A stretch of 64,000 nt of DNA from an uncultured Parcubacteria group bacterium. GTDB taxonomy: Bacteria > Patescibacteriota > Patescibacteriia > UBA9934 > CAMTUG01. Both the position numbers and the translations under genes were made by a program. Shown here piece by piece: positions 46,429 to 56,999 of this stretch. The DNA is taken from NCBI GenBank assembly GCA_947084965.1, contig CAMTUG010000001.1:74166-138165 (forward strand), in the 5' to 3' direction. Under the pieces are notes generated by a model. That model searched no databases. It was not told the DNA's origin and saw only the letters and a list, made by a program, of their open reading frames with translations. Each line of letters starts with the position of its first letter. Position 1 is the first letter of the stretch.

Positions 46429-47222
46429 TCGGTGTATTCGATTCAGGATTTGGAGGGCTGACCATTTTGAAAGAACTTTTGGCAAAGATGCCGGAGTACG
46501 ATTTTGTGTACCTTGGCGATAATGCACGGAATCCATATGGACCACGGAGTGCAGAAGAAATTTTTCTGTTCACCCTCGAGGGGATTGAGGAGCTTTTTTC
46601 TCGCGGTTGTCCGCTCGTGATTCTCGCTTGTAACACGAGTTCGGCGAATGCTTTGCGCAGAATCCAACAAGAAGTATTGCCGGAGAAGTACCCTGATCGT
46701 CGTGTACTCGGGATTTTAGTGCCAACGATTGAACAACTCGAAGCGGGGAGTGTGGTTGGGATCTTGGCGACAGAGGCAACGGTGCGATCAAACGCGTATG
46801 TGAAAGAAGCGGCGGAGAAGAATCCGAGCGCCATGATCGTGCAGCAGGCCTGCCCAAATTTGGTGCCGCTCATCGAACGCGGGGCCTCGGGCGAAGAGCT
46901 ACAAACGGAAGTTCGCGGGTATGTTGAAGCCTTGATCGCCCAAAACCCGAAGATTGAGACCGTTCTGCTTGGCTGCACCCATTATGCCCTGATTGCTGAC
47001 CACATTTCCCAAGAACTGCCAAAAGGCGTAAAATTACTCGGCCAAAGTGCGATCGTGGCCGAAGCCCTTGCGGATTATTTGGCGCGGCATCCGGAGATCG
47101 ATCAGCGACTTACAAAGGGCGGTTCACGTACATTCCTCACGACCGGCGACGCGAACGAAGTCTCGCGACTTGGTAGTAAGTTCTTTGGTGATCCGATCCA
47201 ATTCGAAAACGTCCGTCTCTAA
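46425..47222 (+). CDS. murI: Glutamate racemase
   Basis: VIGVFDSGFGGLT, LACNTSSA motifs; GTG start overlapping pgm stop (GTGA). Confidence 0.8.
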   Translation: MIGVFDSGFGGLTILKELLAKMPEYDFVYLGDNARNPYGPRSAEEIFLFTLEGIEELFSRGCPLVILACNTSSANALRRIQQEVLPEKYPDRRVLGILVPTIEQLEAGSVVGILATEATVRSNAYVKEAAEKNPSAMIVQQACPNLVPLIERGASGEELQTEVRGYVEALIAQNPKIETVLLGCTHYALIADHISQELPKGVKLLGQSAIVAEALADYLARHPEIDQRLTKGGSRTFLTTGDANEVSRLGSKFFGDPIQFENVRL

Positions 47223-47249
47223 TTACTGCTTTCCACTTACCATTTTTCC

Positions 47250-48347
47250 ATGTCGATTCTTCTCTTCATCGTTATCCTTTCTGTTCTCGTGCTCGTTCAT
47301 GAAGCTGGGCATTTTTTCACGGCGCGTTGGATAGGGGCACAGGTCGAAGAATTTGGTGTCGGATTTCCACCCCGGGCCTGGTCGTTCGTGCGTAAAGGGG
47401 TGCGTTACTCGCTCAATTGGATCCCGCTCGGCGGATTTGTGAAGATTCGTGGCGAGTCCGGCGATGGCCGCAACGATCCGTTGTCATTTTCGAGCAAGCC
47501 GGCGTGGAAACGCTTGGTCGTGCTTTCTGCTGGTGTCATCATGAACTTCGTTCTCGCCGCCTTTTTACTTGCGATCGGTTTTATGGTCGGTGTGCCGCAA
47601 GCGATCGAGAGCAACCTTTCATCTTCGGCCATTGTTCGCGAGCGGGCGATCGCGGTCGTTCAGGTCGCCGAAGGTTCAGCTGCGGCGCTTGCAGGTGTGC
47701 AGTTTGGCGATGAAGTCGCCTCGATCGACGGAGCGATGTTTGAAAGCGCGGAAGAGGCACGGACGTATATTCAAGCGCATCTCGAAAGTGAGATGCAGGT
47801 CACGGTCAAACGCGGGGAAGAATATTTTACCTATCCGATGACCGCAACAGAGCTTGAAGCGGCAGACAACGCACGCGTTCTTGGGATCGGCCTCGCGACG
47901 AGCGGTGTTGTGTCTTATCCCTGGTATCTCGCTCCGATCGAAGGGGTGAAGTCTGCGGCGTTCCTAACAAAAGAAGTCGTGCTTGCGTTTTACGGATTGC
48001 TCAAAAACCTAGTTGTGCATCAGGAGGTCGCGGTTGATCTTTCCGGACCGATTGGGATTGCAGTCATGACGGGCGAAGTGGCTAAGCTTGGATTCGTCTA
48101 TCTGTTGTACTTCGCCGCGCTCCTTTCCATCAATCTTGCGGTCATTAACTTTATCCCGTTCCCGGCGCTTGATGGCGGTCGCGCCCTGTTCGTGATTATT
48201 GAAAAGATTAAAGGGAGCCCGGTTCACGAAAAGTTTGAAGCGACCGCCCACACGGTCGGGTTTGCCTTGTTGATGATTCTCGTCGTTTTGGTAACGTATC
48301 GAGATCTGGTACGTTTTGGAGGTGATATTCTCTCGGTATTCAAGTAA
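47250..48347 (+). CDS. rseP: RIP zinc metalloprotease RseP (site-2 protease)
   Basis: HEAGHFF HExxH, PDZ domain, LDGG motif. Confidence 0.85.
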   Translation: MSILLFIVILSVLVLVHEAGHFFTARWIGAQVEEFGVGFPPRAWSFVRKGVRYSLNWIPLGGFVKIRGESGDGRNDPLSFSSKPAWKRLVVLSAGVIMNFVLAAFLLAIGFMVGVPQAIESNLSSSAIVRERAIAVVQVAEGSAAALAGVQFGDEVASIDGAMFESAEEARTYIQAHLESEMQVTVKRGEEYFTYPMTATELEAADNARVLGIGLATSGVVSYPWYLAPIEGVKSAAFLTKEVVLAFYGLLKNLVVHQEVAVDLSGPIGIAVMTGEVAKLGFVYLLYFAALLSINLAVINFIPFPALDGGRALFVIIEKIKGSPVHEKFEATAHTVGFALLMILVVLVTYRDLVRFGGDILSVFK

Positions 48348-48349
48348 GT

Positions 48350-49399
48350 ATGGATCTCGGACAGCTAGAAAAAGCATTAGAACAGGCCCTTTCTTCCGTT
48401 TCTGACGAAGCGGGGTTGGAAGGGGTGCGCGTTGAATATCTTGGCCGAAAAGGCAAGCTAGCCGAAGCTATGAAGACCCTTGCCAACCTCCCGGAGGCAG
48501 AACGCAAGGCGATGGGTTTGCAGGCGAACGAAGTGAAGACAAAGATGGAAGCGATGTTCGCCGCAAAGCAGAGCGCGTTCGAAACACAGAAGGCGTCCAA
48601 GCTTGCCGAGAGTGAGTGGATCGACGTCACCCTTCCTGGCCTTGCGCTCGAAGAAGGGCATCTGCATCTCACCAGCCAGGCGATCGAAGAGATCAGCGAT
48701 ATTTTTTCGCGCATCGGATTTTCCCGCGTGCTCGCTCCGGACGTTGATTGGGATTGGTACGCCTTTGAATCGTTGAACATCCCGGCCGATCATCCTGCCC
48801 GCGACAACTGGGAAACGTTTTTCATTGATCAACCGGCGGGGAAAAAAGGCCGCGTGGTGCTGACTCCACACACGAGCAATTCGCAAGTGCGTGAGCTGGA
48901 AAAAGGAAAACTGCCGATTCGCATGATCAACATCGGTCGCTGTTATCGCCGTCAATCAGACGTGAGCCACGTCCCGATGTTTCATCAGTTTGAAGGGTTC
49001 ATGGTTGATAAAGGATTGTCCGTCGCTCACTTGAAAGGGGTGCTCGATTATTTTGCTCAGACGTTTTTTGGTCCGACGCGCAAGATTCGTTTGCGACCGC
49101 ATCACTTCCGTTTCACCGAACCGAGTTTTGAGGTGGATATCACCTGTGGTGTTTGCAACGGGACAGCGATGGTCGGTCTCGACAAGTGTCGATTGTGCAA
49201 AGCAGGTTGGCTTGAACTTGGCGGCGCGGGGATGACCCATCCGAACGTCTTGAAAGCTGGTGGCCTTGATCCAAATGAATATTCTGCGTTTGCTTTTGGT
49301 TGGGGTGTTGAACGCACCCTCATGATGCGTGAGGGGATCAAGATCGCCGACATCCGCGAACTGTACAAAAACGATCTGCGTTTCATCCAGCAATTCTAG
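48350..49399 (+). CDS. pheS: Phenylalanine--tRNA ligase alpha subunit
   Basis: Class II aaRS motifs, FRFTEPSFEVD. Confidence 0.9.
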   Translation: MDLGQLEKALEQALSSVSDEAGLEGVRVEYLGRKGKLAEAMKTLANLPEAERKAMGLQANEVKTKMEAMFAAKQSAFETQKASKLAESEWIDVTLPGLALEEGHLHLTSQAIEEISDIFSRIGFSRVLAPDVDWDWYAFESLNIPADHPARDNWETFFIDQPAGKKGRVVLTPHTSNSQVRELEKGKLPIRMINIGRCYRRQSDVSHVPMFHQFEGFMVDKGLSVAHLKGVLDYFAQTFFGPTRKIRLRPHHFRFTEPSFEVDITCGVCNGTAMVGLDKCRLCKAGWLELGGAGMTHPNVLKAGGLDPNEYSAFAFGWGVERTLMMREGIKIADIRELYKNDLRFIQQF

Positions 49400-49400
49400 T

Positions 49401-51797
49401 ATGGCCAATATTCTCGCTTCTTACGACTGGATCAAAGAGCATCTTAAAACAGACGCCTCCGTGGCTGAGTTTGCCAAAAAGATGACTGACGCGGGGAACA
49501 GTGTCGAACACATTCATGATGTTGCTGAAGCCTACAACGGGATCGTTGTTGGTCGTATTTTGGTCGTTGATGCCCATCCGAATGCGGACAAGCTTCGCGT
49601 GGTCACGGTAGACGTTGGTAAGAAGGTGCAGATCGTTTGTGGTGGGTTAAATCTCGAAGTTGATCAGTTGGTCTGCGTTGCTCTGCCTGGAGCAAAAGTG
49701 CGTTGGCATGGGGAAGGTGAGTTGATTGAGTTGAAAGAGGCCGAGCTCCGTGGTGTGCAATCGTTTGGGATGATCTGTGCGCCTGACGAAGTTGGATTTG
49801 AAAAGTTGCAGGCCGGGGAAAAGATGATTTGGGATCTGACCAACGTTACGGATGCGAAACCCGGGACGCCACTTGTCAAAGCGCTCGGGCTCGAAGATAC
49901 TTTGTTTGATATTGAAGTGACGACCAATCGACCGGACGCCATGTCGATTGTTGGGCAAGCAAGAGAGGCAAGTGCTTGTGGGTTAGGAAAATTCGAAATG
50001 CGAAAATCGAAATTCGAAACAAGTGGAAAGTCAGAAGGAAAAAATGGGAAAATGGATCTCAAGGTGTCGGTCAAAGATAAAGATTTGTGCCCACGCTACC
50101 AAGCGGTGGTGATCGAAGGGGTCAAGGTTGCGCCATCACCGTGGTGGATGCAGAAGCGTTTATTGCTCTCTGGTCATCGTCCGATTAACAACGTGGTCGA
50201 TGTGACTAATTACGTTTTGCACGAGCTCGGTCAGCCGCTGCATGCTTTTGACGCCGACACGCTTGAAGGGCAAGAGATCATCGTGCGCAAAGCCAAAAAG
50301 GGAGAGAAGATCCTGGCGCTCGATGGGAAAGAATACGAACTCGATGCCTCGATGCTGGTGATTGCTGATGCAAAGAAACCGGTTGCCGTTGCTGGGGTGA
50401 TGGGGGGAGAGCTTACAGGAACAAAAGAAGGAACAACACGCCTCGTGATTGAATCTGCGGTGTTCGATGCTGTATCTGTCCGTCGCACGGCTCGCACCCT
50501 CAACTTGTATTCTGACTCTTCCAGCTTGTTTGAAAAGGGGCTTTCGCCGGAAGCGACAACCGGAGCGATTGAACGAGCGATTGAACTTATCTGTGAATTG
50601 ACCGGTGGTCACGTTGCCTCGGTCATCTACGATGCGCGTGCGGAAAAGTACAAACCGGAAGTGTATCCGTATGACGCCAAGCGCATCAGTGATGTGATCG
50701 GCCTTGATGTCCCAGAGAAAAAGCAAAAGGAGATTTTGGAAGCACTCGGGTTTGTTATCGATGGAAAAAAAGCGACCGTTCCGTATTGGCGCGATCATGA
50801 CATCGAAGATGCGATCGACTTGGCTGAAGAGGTCGCCCGGGTGGTGGGTTATGCCAATGTGCCGTCGGTCATTCCAACAGGGGAGATTCCGGTTACGTTG
50901 CCCGATCCAAAGATTGTCTGGGAGCGGAAGCTGAAAAATATTCTGAAAGGCGCTGGCGTCAGCGAGGTGTACAGCAACGCCTTTGTTTCCGAAGCGATAC
51001 TCGGCAAGTACAAGATTCCGCTCGATGCGGCCAGTAAATTGGAAAATCCGCTGACCGATGAATGGGTGTACATGCGCCCGACGCTTGTACCGAGTATGCT
51101 CACAGTAATTGAAGAAAATCAGCGACGCTTTGAAGCGGCCGCATTATTCGAGCTCAACCACGTGCACCATCCGCGCAAAGGGGATATTCCTTCCGAAGAT
51201 TGGCGCCTGTTAATTGCCGGTTACGGTCCAGACGGCGGGGCGCAAGCGTTCCGTTATGTCAAAGGAATCCTCGAGCGCGTGTTGCGAGAAGCGGGCGTGG
51301 CTGCGGTTAGCTTTGAATCGGGCGGAGCAGACGATCACTTCCACCCAGGCCGCAGCGCCAAAGTCATCGCTGGAAAAGATATGGTCGGGACGATCGGCGA
51401 ACTCGCGCCGCACTACGCGCAGGCGTTCGGTATCGACCGTCGCGTTGTTCTGGCTGACCTGAATCTCGATCATCTCTTGCCACACTTAGGTGCTGGCAAG
51501 CGCTATCAGCCAACCCCAGAGTTCCAAGACCTGATCCGCGACTTGTCATTCGTCCTCCCGGAACGCAAAACGCACGCCGAAGTGCAGGCGGCGCTGGTTG
51601 GAGTTGATCCATTGATCAGTAGTGTTTCCCTCGTCGACGTCTATCAAGGGAAAGGGATCGAGGCGGGACAGAAGTCAATGACGTATCGCTTATCTCTGCG
51701 TGCCTCTGATCGCACATTGTCTTCCGACGAAGCTGATGCGGTCATGAACTCTGTTGGAAAGATGCTCACTTCCGATTTTGGTGCTATACTACGGTAG
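49401..51797 (+). CDS. pheT: Phenylalanine--tRNA ligase beta subunit (contains in-frame repeat insertion 49988-50030)
   Basis: tRNA-binding, B3/B4, B5, FDX-ACB domains; start MANILASYDW. Confidence 0.9.
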   Translation: MANILASYDWIKEHLKTDASVAEFAKKMTDAGNSVEHIHDVAEAYNGIVVGRILVVDAHPNADKLRVVTVDVGKKVQIVCGGLNLEVDQLVCVALPGAKVRWHGEGELIELKEAELRGVQSFGMICAPDEVGFEKLQAGEKMIWDLTNVTDAKPGTPLVKALGLEDTLFDIEVTTNRPDAMSIVGQAREASACGLGKFEMRKSKFETSGKSEGKNGKMDLKVSVKDKDLCPRYQAVVIEGVKVAPSPWWMQKRLLLSGHRPINNVVDVTNYVLHELGQPLHAFDADTLEGQEIIVRKAKKGEKILALDGKEYELDASMLVIADAKKPVAVAGVMGGELTGTKEGTTRLVIESAVFDAVSVRRTARTLNLYSDSSSLFEKGLSPEATTGAIERAIELICELTGGHVASVIYDARAEKYKPEVYPYDAKRISDVIGLDVPEKKQKEILEALGFVIDGKKATVPYWRDHDIEDAIDLAEEVARVVGYANVPSVIPTGEIPVTLPDPKIVWERKLKNILKGAGVSEVYSNAFVSEAILGKYKIPLDAASKLENPLTDEWVYMRPTLVPSMLTVIEENQRRFEAAALFELNHVHHPRKGDIPSEDWRLLIAGYGPDGGAQAFRYVKGILERVLREAGVAAVSFESGGADDHFHPGRSAKVIAGKDMVGTIGELAPHYAQAFGIDRRVVLADLNLDHLLPHLGAGKRYQPTPEFQDLIRDLSFVLPERKTHAEVQAALVGVDPLISSVSLVDVYQGKGIEAGQKSMTYRLSLRASDRTLSSDEADAVMNSVGKMLTSDFGAILR
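49988..50030. repeat. Half copy of CGAAAT repeat inserted in-frame in pheT (encodes KFEMRKSKFETSGK)
   Basis: ttcgaaatgcgaaaatcgaaattcgaaacaagtggaaag. Confidence 0.6.
51782..51790 (+). promoter_or_regulatory. Extended -10 promoter TGCTATACT inside pheT 3' end, 8 nt before next ATG
   Basis: Motif match. Confidence 0.45.
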
Positions 51798-51798
51798 T

Positions 51799-52074
51799 AT
51801 GATTGAATCAAAAGATATTTTATTCTTCGTCCTCGCCTTTTGCGTGCTTTGGTTCACGCTCTTCCTGTCCTGGCTCATCTGGCAGGTGGCGATGATTCTG
51901 AAGAACGTCAACGATGTGATTACCGAGGCTAAGGAGAAGTTGTCGTTGATCGAAAAGGCGATTTCCGGCATCCGCGATCGTTTGGAAAAGGCGACGAGTA
52001 TGTTTGCCGTCGTCGGTAAAGGGATCGAACAGGTGGTAGACTACGCGATGGAAAAACGCCGCGAGAAGAAATAA
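51799..52074 (+). CDS. Small membrane protein (92 aa), unknown
   Basis: One TM then a predicted coiled-coil segment. Confidence 0.45.
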   Translation: MIESKDILFFVLAFCVLWFTLFLSWLIWQVAMILKNVNDVITEAKEKLSLIEKAISGIRDRLEKATSMFAVVGKGIEQVVDYAMEKRREKK

Positions 52075-52202
52075 GAAGACCGTTTATCGAGGAGGAGAAG
52101 ATCTTGTGCGGGACCCCCTGCGCTGGGGTCTTCTTCTTGGGTTTTGGCCCCTCCCCAAACCGCTGGCGAAAGCAGGCGGCGCGTGTTAATCTGAGGGGCG
52201 AT

Positions 52203-55200
52203 ATGGCCAGCAAATTCGTCCATCTTCACGTGCATTCGCACTATTCGCTTCTTGAGGCGTTGCCTAAGATTAAAGCGCTTTTAAAGCAGGCCAAAGCGAT
52301 GGAGATGGATGCGATGGCACTCACCGATAATGGGGTGATGTACGGCTCGATCGAGTTTTATCAAAAGTTTTCAGAAGAGGGGATCAAACCGATCATCGGG
52401 ATCGACGCTTACTTGGCGCCATTTACGCGGTTTGATAAGCGGCACAAGATCGATACCAAGTCGCATCGACTCGTCTTGCTCGCCGAGAATATGGTCGGCT
52501 ACAAAAACATGATGAAGATCGCCACGCTCGGATTCATGGAAGGATTTTATTACAAGCCGCGGATCGACAAGGATGTTTTACGATCATTCTGCCTAGGGAA
52601 GTCCCATGGACTGATCGTCTTATCTGGTGGATTTTACGGCGAGATTCCGACCTTGGTGCGTCACGGCGAAACGGACAAGGCAAAAGAAGTGATCAAGGAG
52701 TTCGTTGAAGTCTTTGGAGCCGGTAATTTTTTTCTTGAGCTCGTTGATCGCCCGGAATTGCCCGAAGACAAAGCCGTCAACGCCACACTGATCACGATCG
52801 GACAGGAACTCGGTGTGCCACTTGTCGTCACCAAAGACGCGTATTATTTGAAGCCGGACGATGCAGAGGCTTGGAAAGTTTTAGCCTGTGTGAAGAGCGG
52901 AAAGTCGCTCGAAGAGTTTGAGCGCCAGAACCCGACGGAGTTTGACGCATCTTTGTGTTCACCCTCAGAGATTGAAGAACGTTGGGCAGATGTACCGGAA
53001 GCGATTGAGAATACGCGTCGGATCGCCGATCGTTGTAACGTCACGCTTGAACTCGGAACGTGGAACTTTCCGATTATTGAAATTCCTGAAGGGTACACCC
53101 ATGATGCGTGGCTAAAAGAACGCGCTCATAAAGAGATTGAAGCGAAGGTGCCAGCGGTGACGCAGATGATGCGCGATCGTATTGATTACGAACTGTCCGT
53201 CATCAGCCAAAAAGGATTCGCTCCGTACTTTCTCGTCGTGTCAGATTACATCGAGTGGGCGCGCCGCAACGGAATCGTCACCACCACACGCGGATCGGCC
53301 GCCGGTTCCTTGGTTGGTTTCTCGATCGGCATTTCTACTGTTAATCCGATTACCTACAAACTTCCGTTCGAGCGTTTCTTGAACCCGGAACGTCCGAGCG
53401 CGCCAGACGTCGACGGTGACTTCGCGGATAATCGTCGTGAAGAGGTGTATAAATACGTGCAAGAAAAGTATGGGGAAGATAAGGTAGCGCAGATCTGTAC
53501 GTTCGGGACGATGATGGCTCGCGGTTCGGTGCGCGACGTCGGTCGCGCGCTCGGCTTCCCGCACCACGAGTGCGATCGGATCGCCAAGATGGTCCCGCAA
53601 GGGTCGCAAGGGTTTCCGATGTCGTTGAAGCGCGCCCTCGAAGAGAATCCAGATTTGGGCAAGTTGTATAAGGAAAACGCCCAAGTTCGGCGGCTGATCG
53701 ATCTCGCCATGCAGATTGAAGGGTGTGGCCGTCACGTCTCGATTCACGCCGCCGGGGTCGTTATTTCGCCGCTTCCGTTGACCGAATTCACTCCGCTGCA
53801 AGTTGATACAAAGGAAGGGAAAGTGCTCACCCAATACGAAATGAAAACGGTCGAAGCGGCCGGGGTGTTGAAGATGGACTTTTTGGGGATTCGCAACTTG
53901 TCGATTCTTGGAGATGCCGTCGCACTGGTGAAAACGTTGAAGGGCGAAACGATCGTGCTCGAAGAGATTCCGATTGATGATAAAAAGACGTTTGAACTGC
54001 TCGCTGCCGGAAAGACGATGGGGGTGTTCCAATTAGGCGGTGATGGGATGACCAAGTATTTGATGGAGCTGAAGCCGGAACGCGTCGAAGACATCATGGC
54101 CATGGTCGCCTTGTACCGCCCAGGGCCGATCGAATCGATCCCGGAATATATCAAGCGCAAACACGACCGTTCGCTGGTGAGTTATCTTGACCCGCGCATG
54201 GAGAAGATTCTCGATCAGTCGTTCGGAGTTATTACGTATCAAGACGACGTCATGTTGCTGGCGATTGAACTGGCCGGCTATAGCTGGCTCGAGGCGGACA
54301 AGTTGCGCAAGGCGATGGGGAAGAAAATTCCAGAAGAGATGGCGGCGCAGAAAGAAAAGTTGCTCGACGGGTTTGTGAAGAAAGGGAAGTTGAGTAAATC
54401 TCTTGCTCAACAGCTTTGGAAGTTGATTGAGCCGTTTGCCGCCTATGGGTTTAACAAAGCCCACGCGGCGAGCTACGGCATGGTCGCTTATCAGACGGCC
54501 TACATGAAGGCCAACTATCCGGCGATGTACATGACCGCTCTCATGACCGCAGAATCGGCTGATCTAGAAAAGATCGCCGAAGCGTTTGTGGAATGCGAAC
54601 GCATGGGAATCAAAGTTTTGCCGCCGGACATCAACGAATCGCGTAAGAACTTTACCTACATTGACGATCAGAATATTCGTTTTGGATTGTTGGCGATTAA
54701 AAACTTGGGACAGGATGTGATCGAATCGATGATCGCAGAGCGCGAGGCGAACGGCCCGTTCGTTGACTTGGCTGACTTTGTTAGTCGAATCCACCATCGT
54801 GCGTTTAACAAAAAGTCTCTTGAAGCGCTGACCAAAGCGGGGGCACTCGATCGATTCAGCGAACGTGGACAGATCCTGGCCAACATGGATCAGATTTTAC
54901 TCTACAACAAAGCGGTGCAGCAGGAGAAGTTGCAAAATCAAGTTTCGTTGTTCGCCAGCGCCCCAAATATGGAGATCGCCACCTTGCGGTTGCGTCCCGC
55001 GCCAGAAGTTTCCGGATTTGTGAAACTTGCCTGGGAGCGCGAACTCCTGGGGCTGTATGTAAGCGCCCATCCGACGGAGGCACTTATTTCTCGGGCCCCG
55101 GATGCGATCACGCGTATGGCCAAAGCGATGACGTCGCCGGACGGGACGTTTGTTTATCTGTGCGTCGGGGTAGGCGAACCTAAGGTGATCATGACCAAAA

Positions 55201-55757
55201 AACAGGAGCCGATGGCCTTTGTGCCGATCAATGATCTTTCTGGGGCAGGGGAGTTGATCGTCTTCCCGCGCACCTTTGCCACAAGTAAGGAGAAGGTTGT
55301 TGAAGGGGCGGTGTTGCTTGTGAGTGCCAAAGTCTCGGTCCGTGACGGTGCCACCGCACTTATTTGCAATAGTGTGATCCCGGTCACGGAGGCGAATACG
55401 GATGGTCTGATCGAAATGATGCGCAATGGGATGTGGATTCTGGATGGGGAAGTGGGGGGAGGAACGACAGAGGAAAGAGGGGAGAGGAAAGAGGAGGGGG
55501 GCGGGAGACGAGAGGAAAGGACGGAAAAGCGGACGGGGGTGGAGATTCTGTTGCGCGGCAAACCGAGTCCGGAGATGATCGCGGATCTGCGCGAAGCGCT
55601 CCAGGCATTCCCTGGCACGAGCCGAGTTTCATTTATTGTGGAGTCGGCTGGGACGGAGCGGCGCATCGAAACGGAGTACGCGATCAATCCAGTATCTGAG
55701 GCGTTGGGACGTGTCCGTGCGATTGTCGGTGCCGAAAATGTACGCACGGCGGGCTAA
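52203..55757 (+). CDS. dnaE: DNA polymerase III alpha subunit (contains in-frame purine-rich insertion 55468-55515)
   Basis: PHP domain HVHSHYSLL, palm/fingers motifs; start MASKFVHLHVHS. Confidence 0.9.
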   Translation: MASKFVHLHVHSHYSLLEALPKIKALLKQAKAMEMDAMALTDNGVMYGSIEFYQKFSEEGIKPIIGIDAYLAPFTRFDKRHKIDTKSHRLVLLAENMVGYKNMMKIATLGFMEGFYYKPRIDKDVLRSFCLGKSHGLIVLSGGFYGEIPTLVRHGETDKAKEVIKEFVEVFGAGNFFLELVDRPELPEDKAVNATLITIGQELGVPLVVTKDAYYLKPDDAEAWKVLACVKSGKSLEEFERQNPTEFDASLCSPSEIEERWADVPEAIENTRRIADRCNVTLELGTWNFPIIEIPEGYTHDAWLKERAHKEIEAKVPAVTQMMRDRIDYELSVISQKGFAPYFLVVSDYIEWARRNGIVTTTRGSAAGSLVGFSIGISTVNPITYKLPFERFLNPERPSAPDVDGDFADNRREEVYKYVQEKYGEDKVAQICTFGTMMARGSVRDVGRALGFPHHECDRIAKMVPQGSQGFPMSLKRALEENPDLGKLYKENAQVRRLIDLAMQIEGCGRHVSIHAAGVVISPLPLTEFTPLQVDTKEGKVLTQYEMKTVEAAGVLKMDFLGIRNLSILGDAVALVKTLKGETIVLEEIPIDDKKTFELLAAGKTMGVFQLGGDGMTKYLMELKPERVEDIMAMVALYRPGPIESIPEYIKRKHDRSLVSYLDPRMEKILDQSFGVITYQDDVMLLAIELAGYSWLEADKLRKAMGKKIPEEMAAQKEKLLDGFVKKGKLSKSLAQQLWKLIEPFAAYGFNKAHAASYGMVAYQTAYMKANYPAMYMTALMTAESADLEKIAEAFVECERMGIKVLPPDINESRKNFTYIDDQNIRFGLLAIKNLGQDVIESMIAEREANGPFVDLADFVSRIHHRAFNKKSLEALTKAGALDRFSERGQILANMDQILLYNKAVQQEKLQNQVSLFASAPNMEIATLRLRPAPEVSGFVKLAWERELLGLYVSAHPTEALISRAPDAITRMAKAMTSPDGTFVYLCVGVGEPKVIMTKKQEPMAFVPINDLSGAGELIVFPRTFATSKEKVVEGAVLLVSAKVSVRDGATALICNSVIPVTEANTDGLIEMMRNGMWILDGEVGGGTTEERGERKEEGGGRREERTEKRTGVEILLRGKPSPEMIADLREALQAFPGTSRVSFIVESAGTERRIETEYAINPVSEALGRVRAIVGAENVRTAG

Positions 55758-55758
55758 T

Positions 55759-55767
55759 GTGCTATAC
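55759..55767 (+). promoter_or_regulatory. Extended -10 promoter TGCTATACT overlapping dnaE stop
   Basis: Motif match; 44 nt to ATG 55812. Confidence 0.4.
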
Positions 55768-55811
55768 TTTTGCTATCCGTTCGTCGTCCGTCGCTTGTTT
55801 TAGATAAATCT

Positions 55812-56993
55812 ATGGAGGCTACACCTATTAAAAAGATCGCGAAGAAAAAACCGGCCGTGGCAGCACCGTTACCACCACCGAGCCCTTCCATGCATATGTA
55901 TCGACGCATTGCTGTAACCTTTGTGGCGATCACCTTTCTCGCTCTTGCAGCGGTCGTCTATCTTTCGTTTTCGCGTGCGACGGTGCACATCACCCCTGAG
56001 GCGATCAACGTTGAAACGTCGTTTGTCGCCGACGTTGTCGCCACTCCGCTCGCAGAGAACGAAGTCGAGGGGCGTGTTGTAAACAATACATTCGAACAGG
56101 CGAAGACCGTCGAGTTGGCAGGCGAGGGGAACAAACCGGTGGAAGGAAAAGCCGGCGGGACGGTGACGATTTACAACAACAGTGGGAGCGCCCAGCCGCT
56201 GGTGGCGACGACTCGTCTTTTGACGCCAGAAGGGATCCTCTTCCGTATTGATTCAGGTGTGACCGTGCCGGCCGGGGGATCGGTACAGGCCACGGCTCAT
56301 GCTGACGTCGCCGGCGCATCTGGGGACATCGGTCCTTCCAAGTTTACGATTCCTGGGTTGAATCCAACGCTGCAGACGCTTATTTATGCGGAAAGCACTC
56401 AGCCGATGGTCGGTGGGGTGAGCTATGTGCGCGTCGTGACACAGGAAGATTTAGACGCAGCTGCCGAGGCACTTCGTCTCGAGATGTTAGAAGCGGCAAA
56501 ATCTACTCTGCGATTGGCCGTCGGTGGAACGTACAGCGGCGAAGTATTTTTCGATGAAATTTTGGAACGCAAGTCTGATACCGAACCTGGTGGAGAAACG
56601 GGCGTGATTGTCGTTTCGGTCAAGCTGAGTGTGGTCGGTGTTTTCTTCCAGCGTGAGGATCTGCGCTCGATCGCCGAAGGGAAGTTGTATGAAAAGATGC
56701 CGAGCGGCATGGAGGTCATCGGCGTTGATGCAGATTCCTTGCAATTCACCGTCATGCGGTATGACGTTGAACAACAGTTGGCAAATGTGAATGTGACGCT
56801 GGTCGCATCAACGACCCTTTCGCCGACGAGCAACGTTCTTGATCGCGATGCTATGCTCGGGAAATCGCCGACAGAAGTGAAGGCCAACCTCGAAGCGTCT
56901 GATGCGATCAAGTCTGTCGACATTTCGTTCACGCCGTTCTGGCTCCAGCGCATGCCGACGCTTAAGGATCACATTCACCTGATCATCGAGTAG
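55812..56993 (+). CDS. Hypothetical signal-anchored protein
   Basis: N-terminal TM IAVTFVAITFLALAAVVYL; no recognisable domain. Confidence 0.5.
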   Translation: MEATPIKKIAKKKPAVAAPLPPPSPSMHMYRRIAVTFVAITFLALAAVVYLSFSRATVHITPEAINVETSFVADVVATPLAENEVEGRVVNNTFEQAKTVELAGEGNKPVEGKAGGTVTIYNNSGSAQPLVATTRLLTPEGILFRIDSGVTVPAGGSVQATAHADVAGASGDIGPSKFTIPGLNPTLQTLIYAESTQPMVGGVSYVRVVTQEDLDAAAEALRLEMLEAAKSTLRLAVGGTYSGEVFFDEILERKSDTEPGGETGVIVVSVKLSVVGVFFQREDLRSIAEGKLYEKMPSGMEVIGVDADSLQFTVMRYDVEQQLANVNVTLVASTTLSPTSNVLDRDAMLGKSPTEVKANLEASDAIKSVDISFTPFWLQRMPTLKDHIHLIIE

Positions 56994-56999
56994 AACGTT

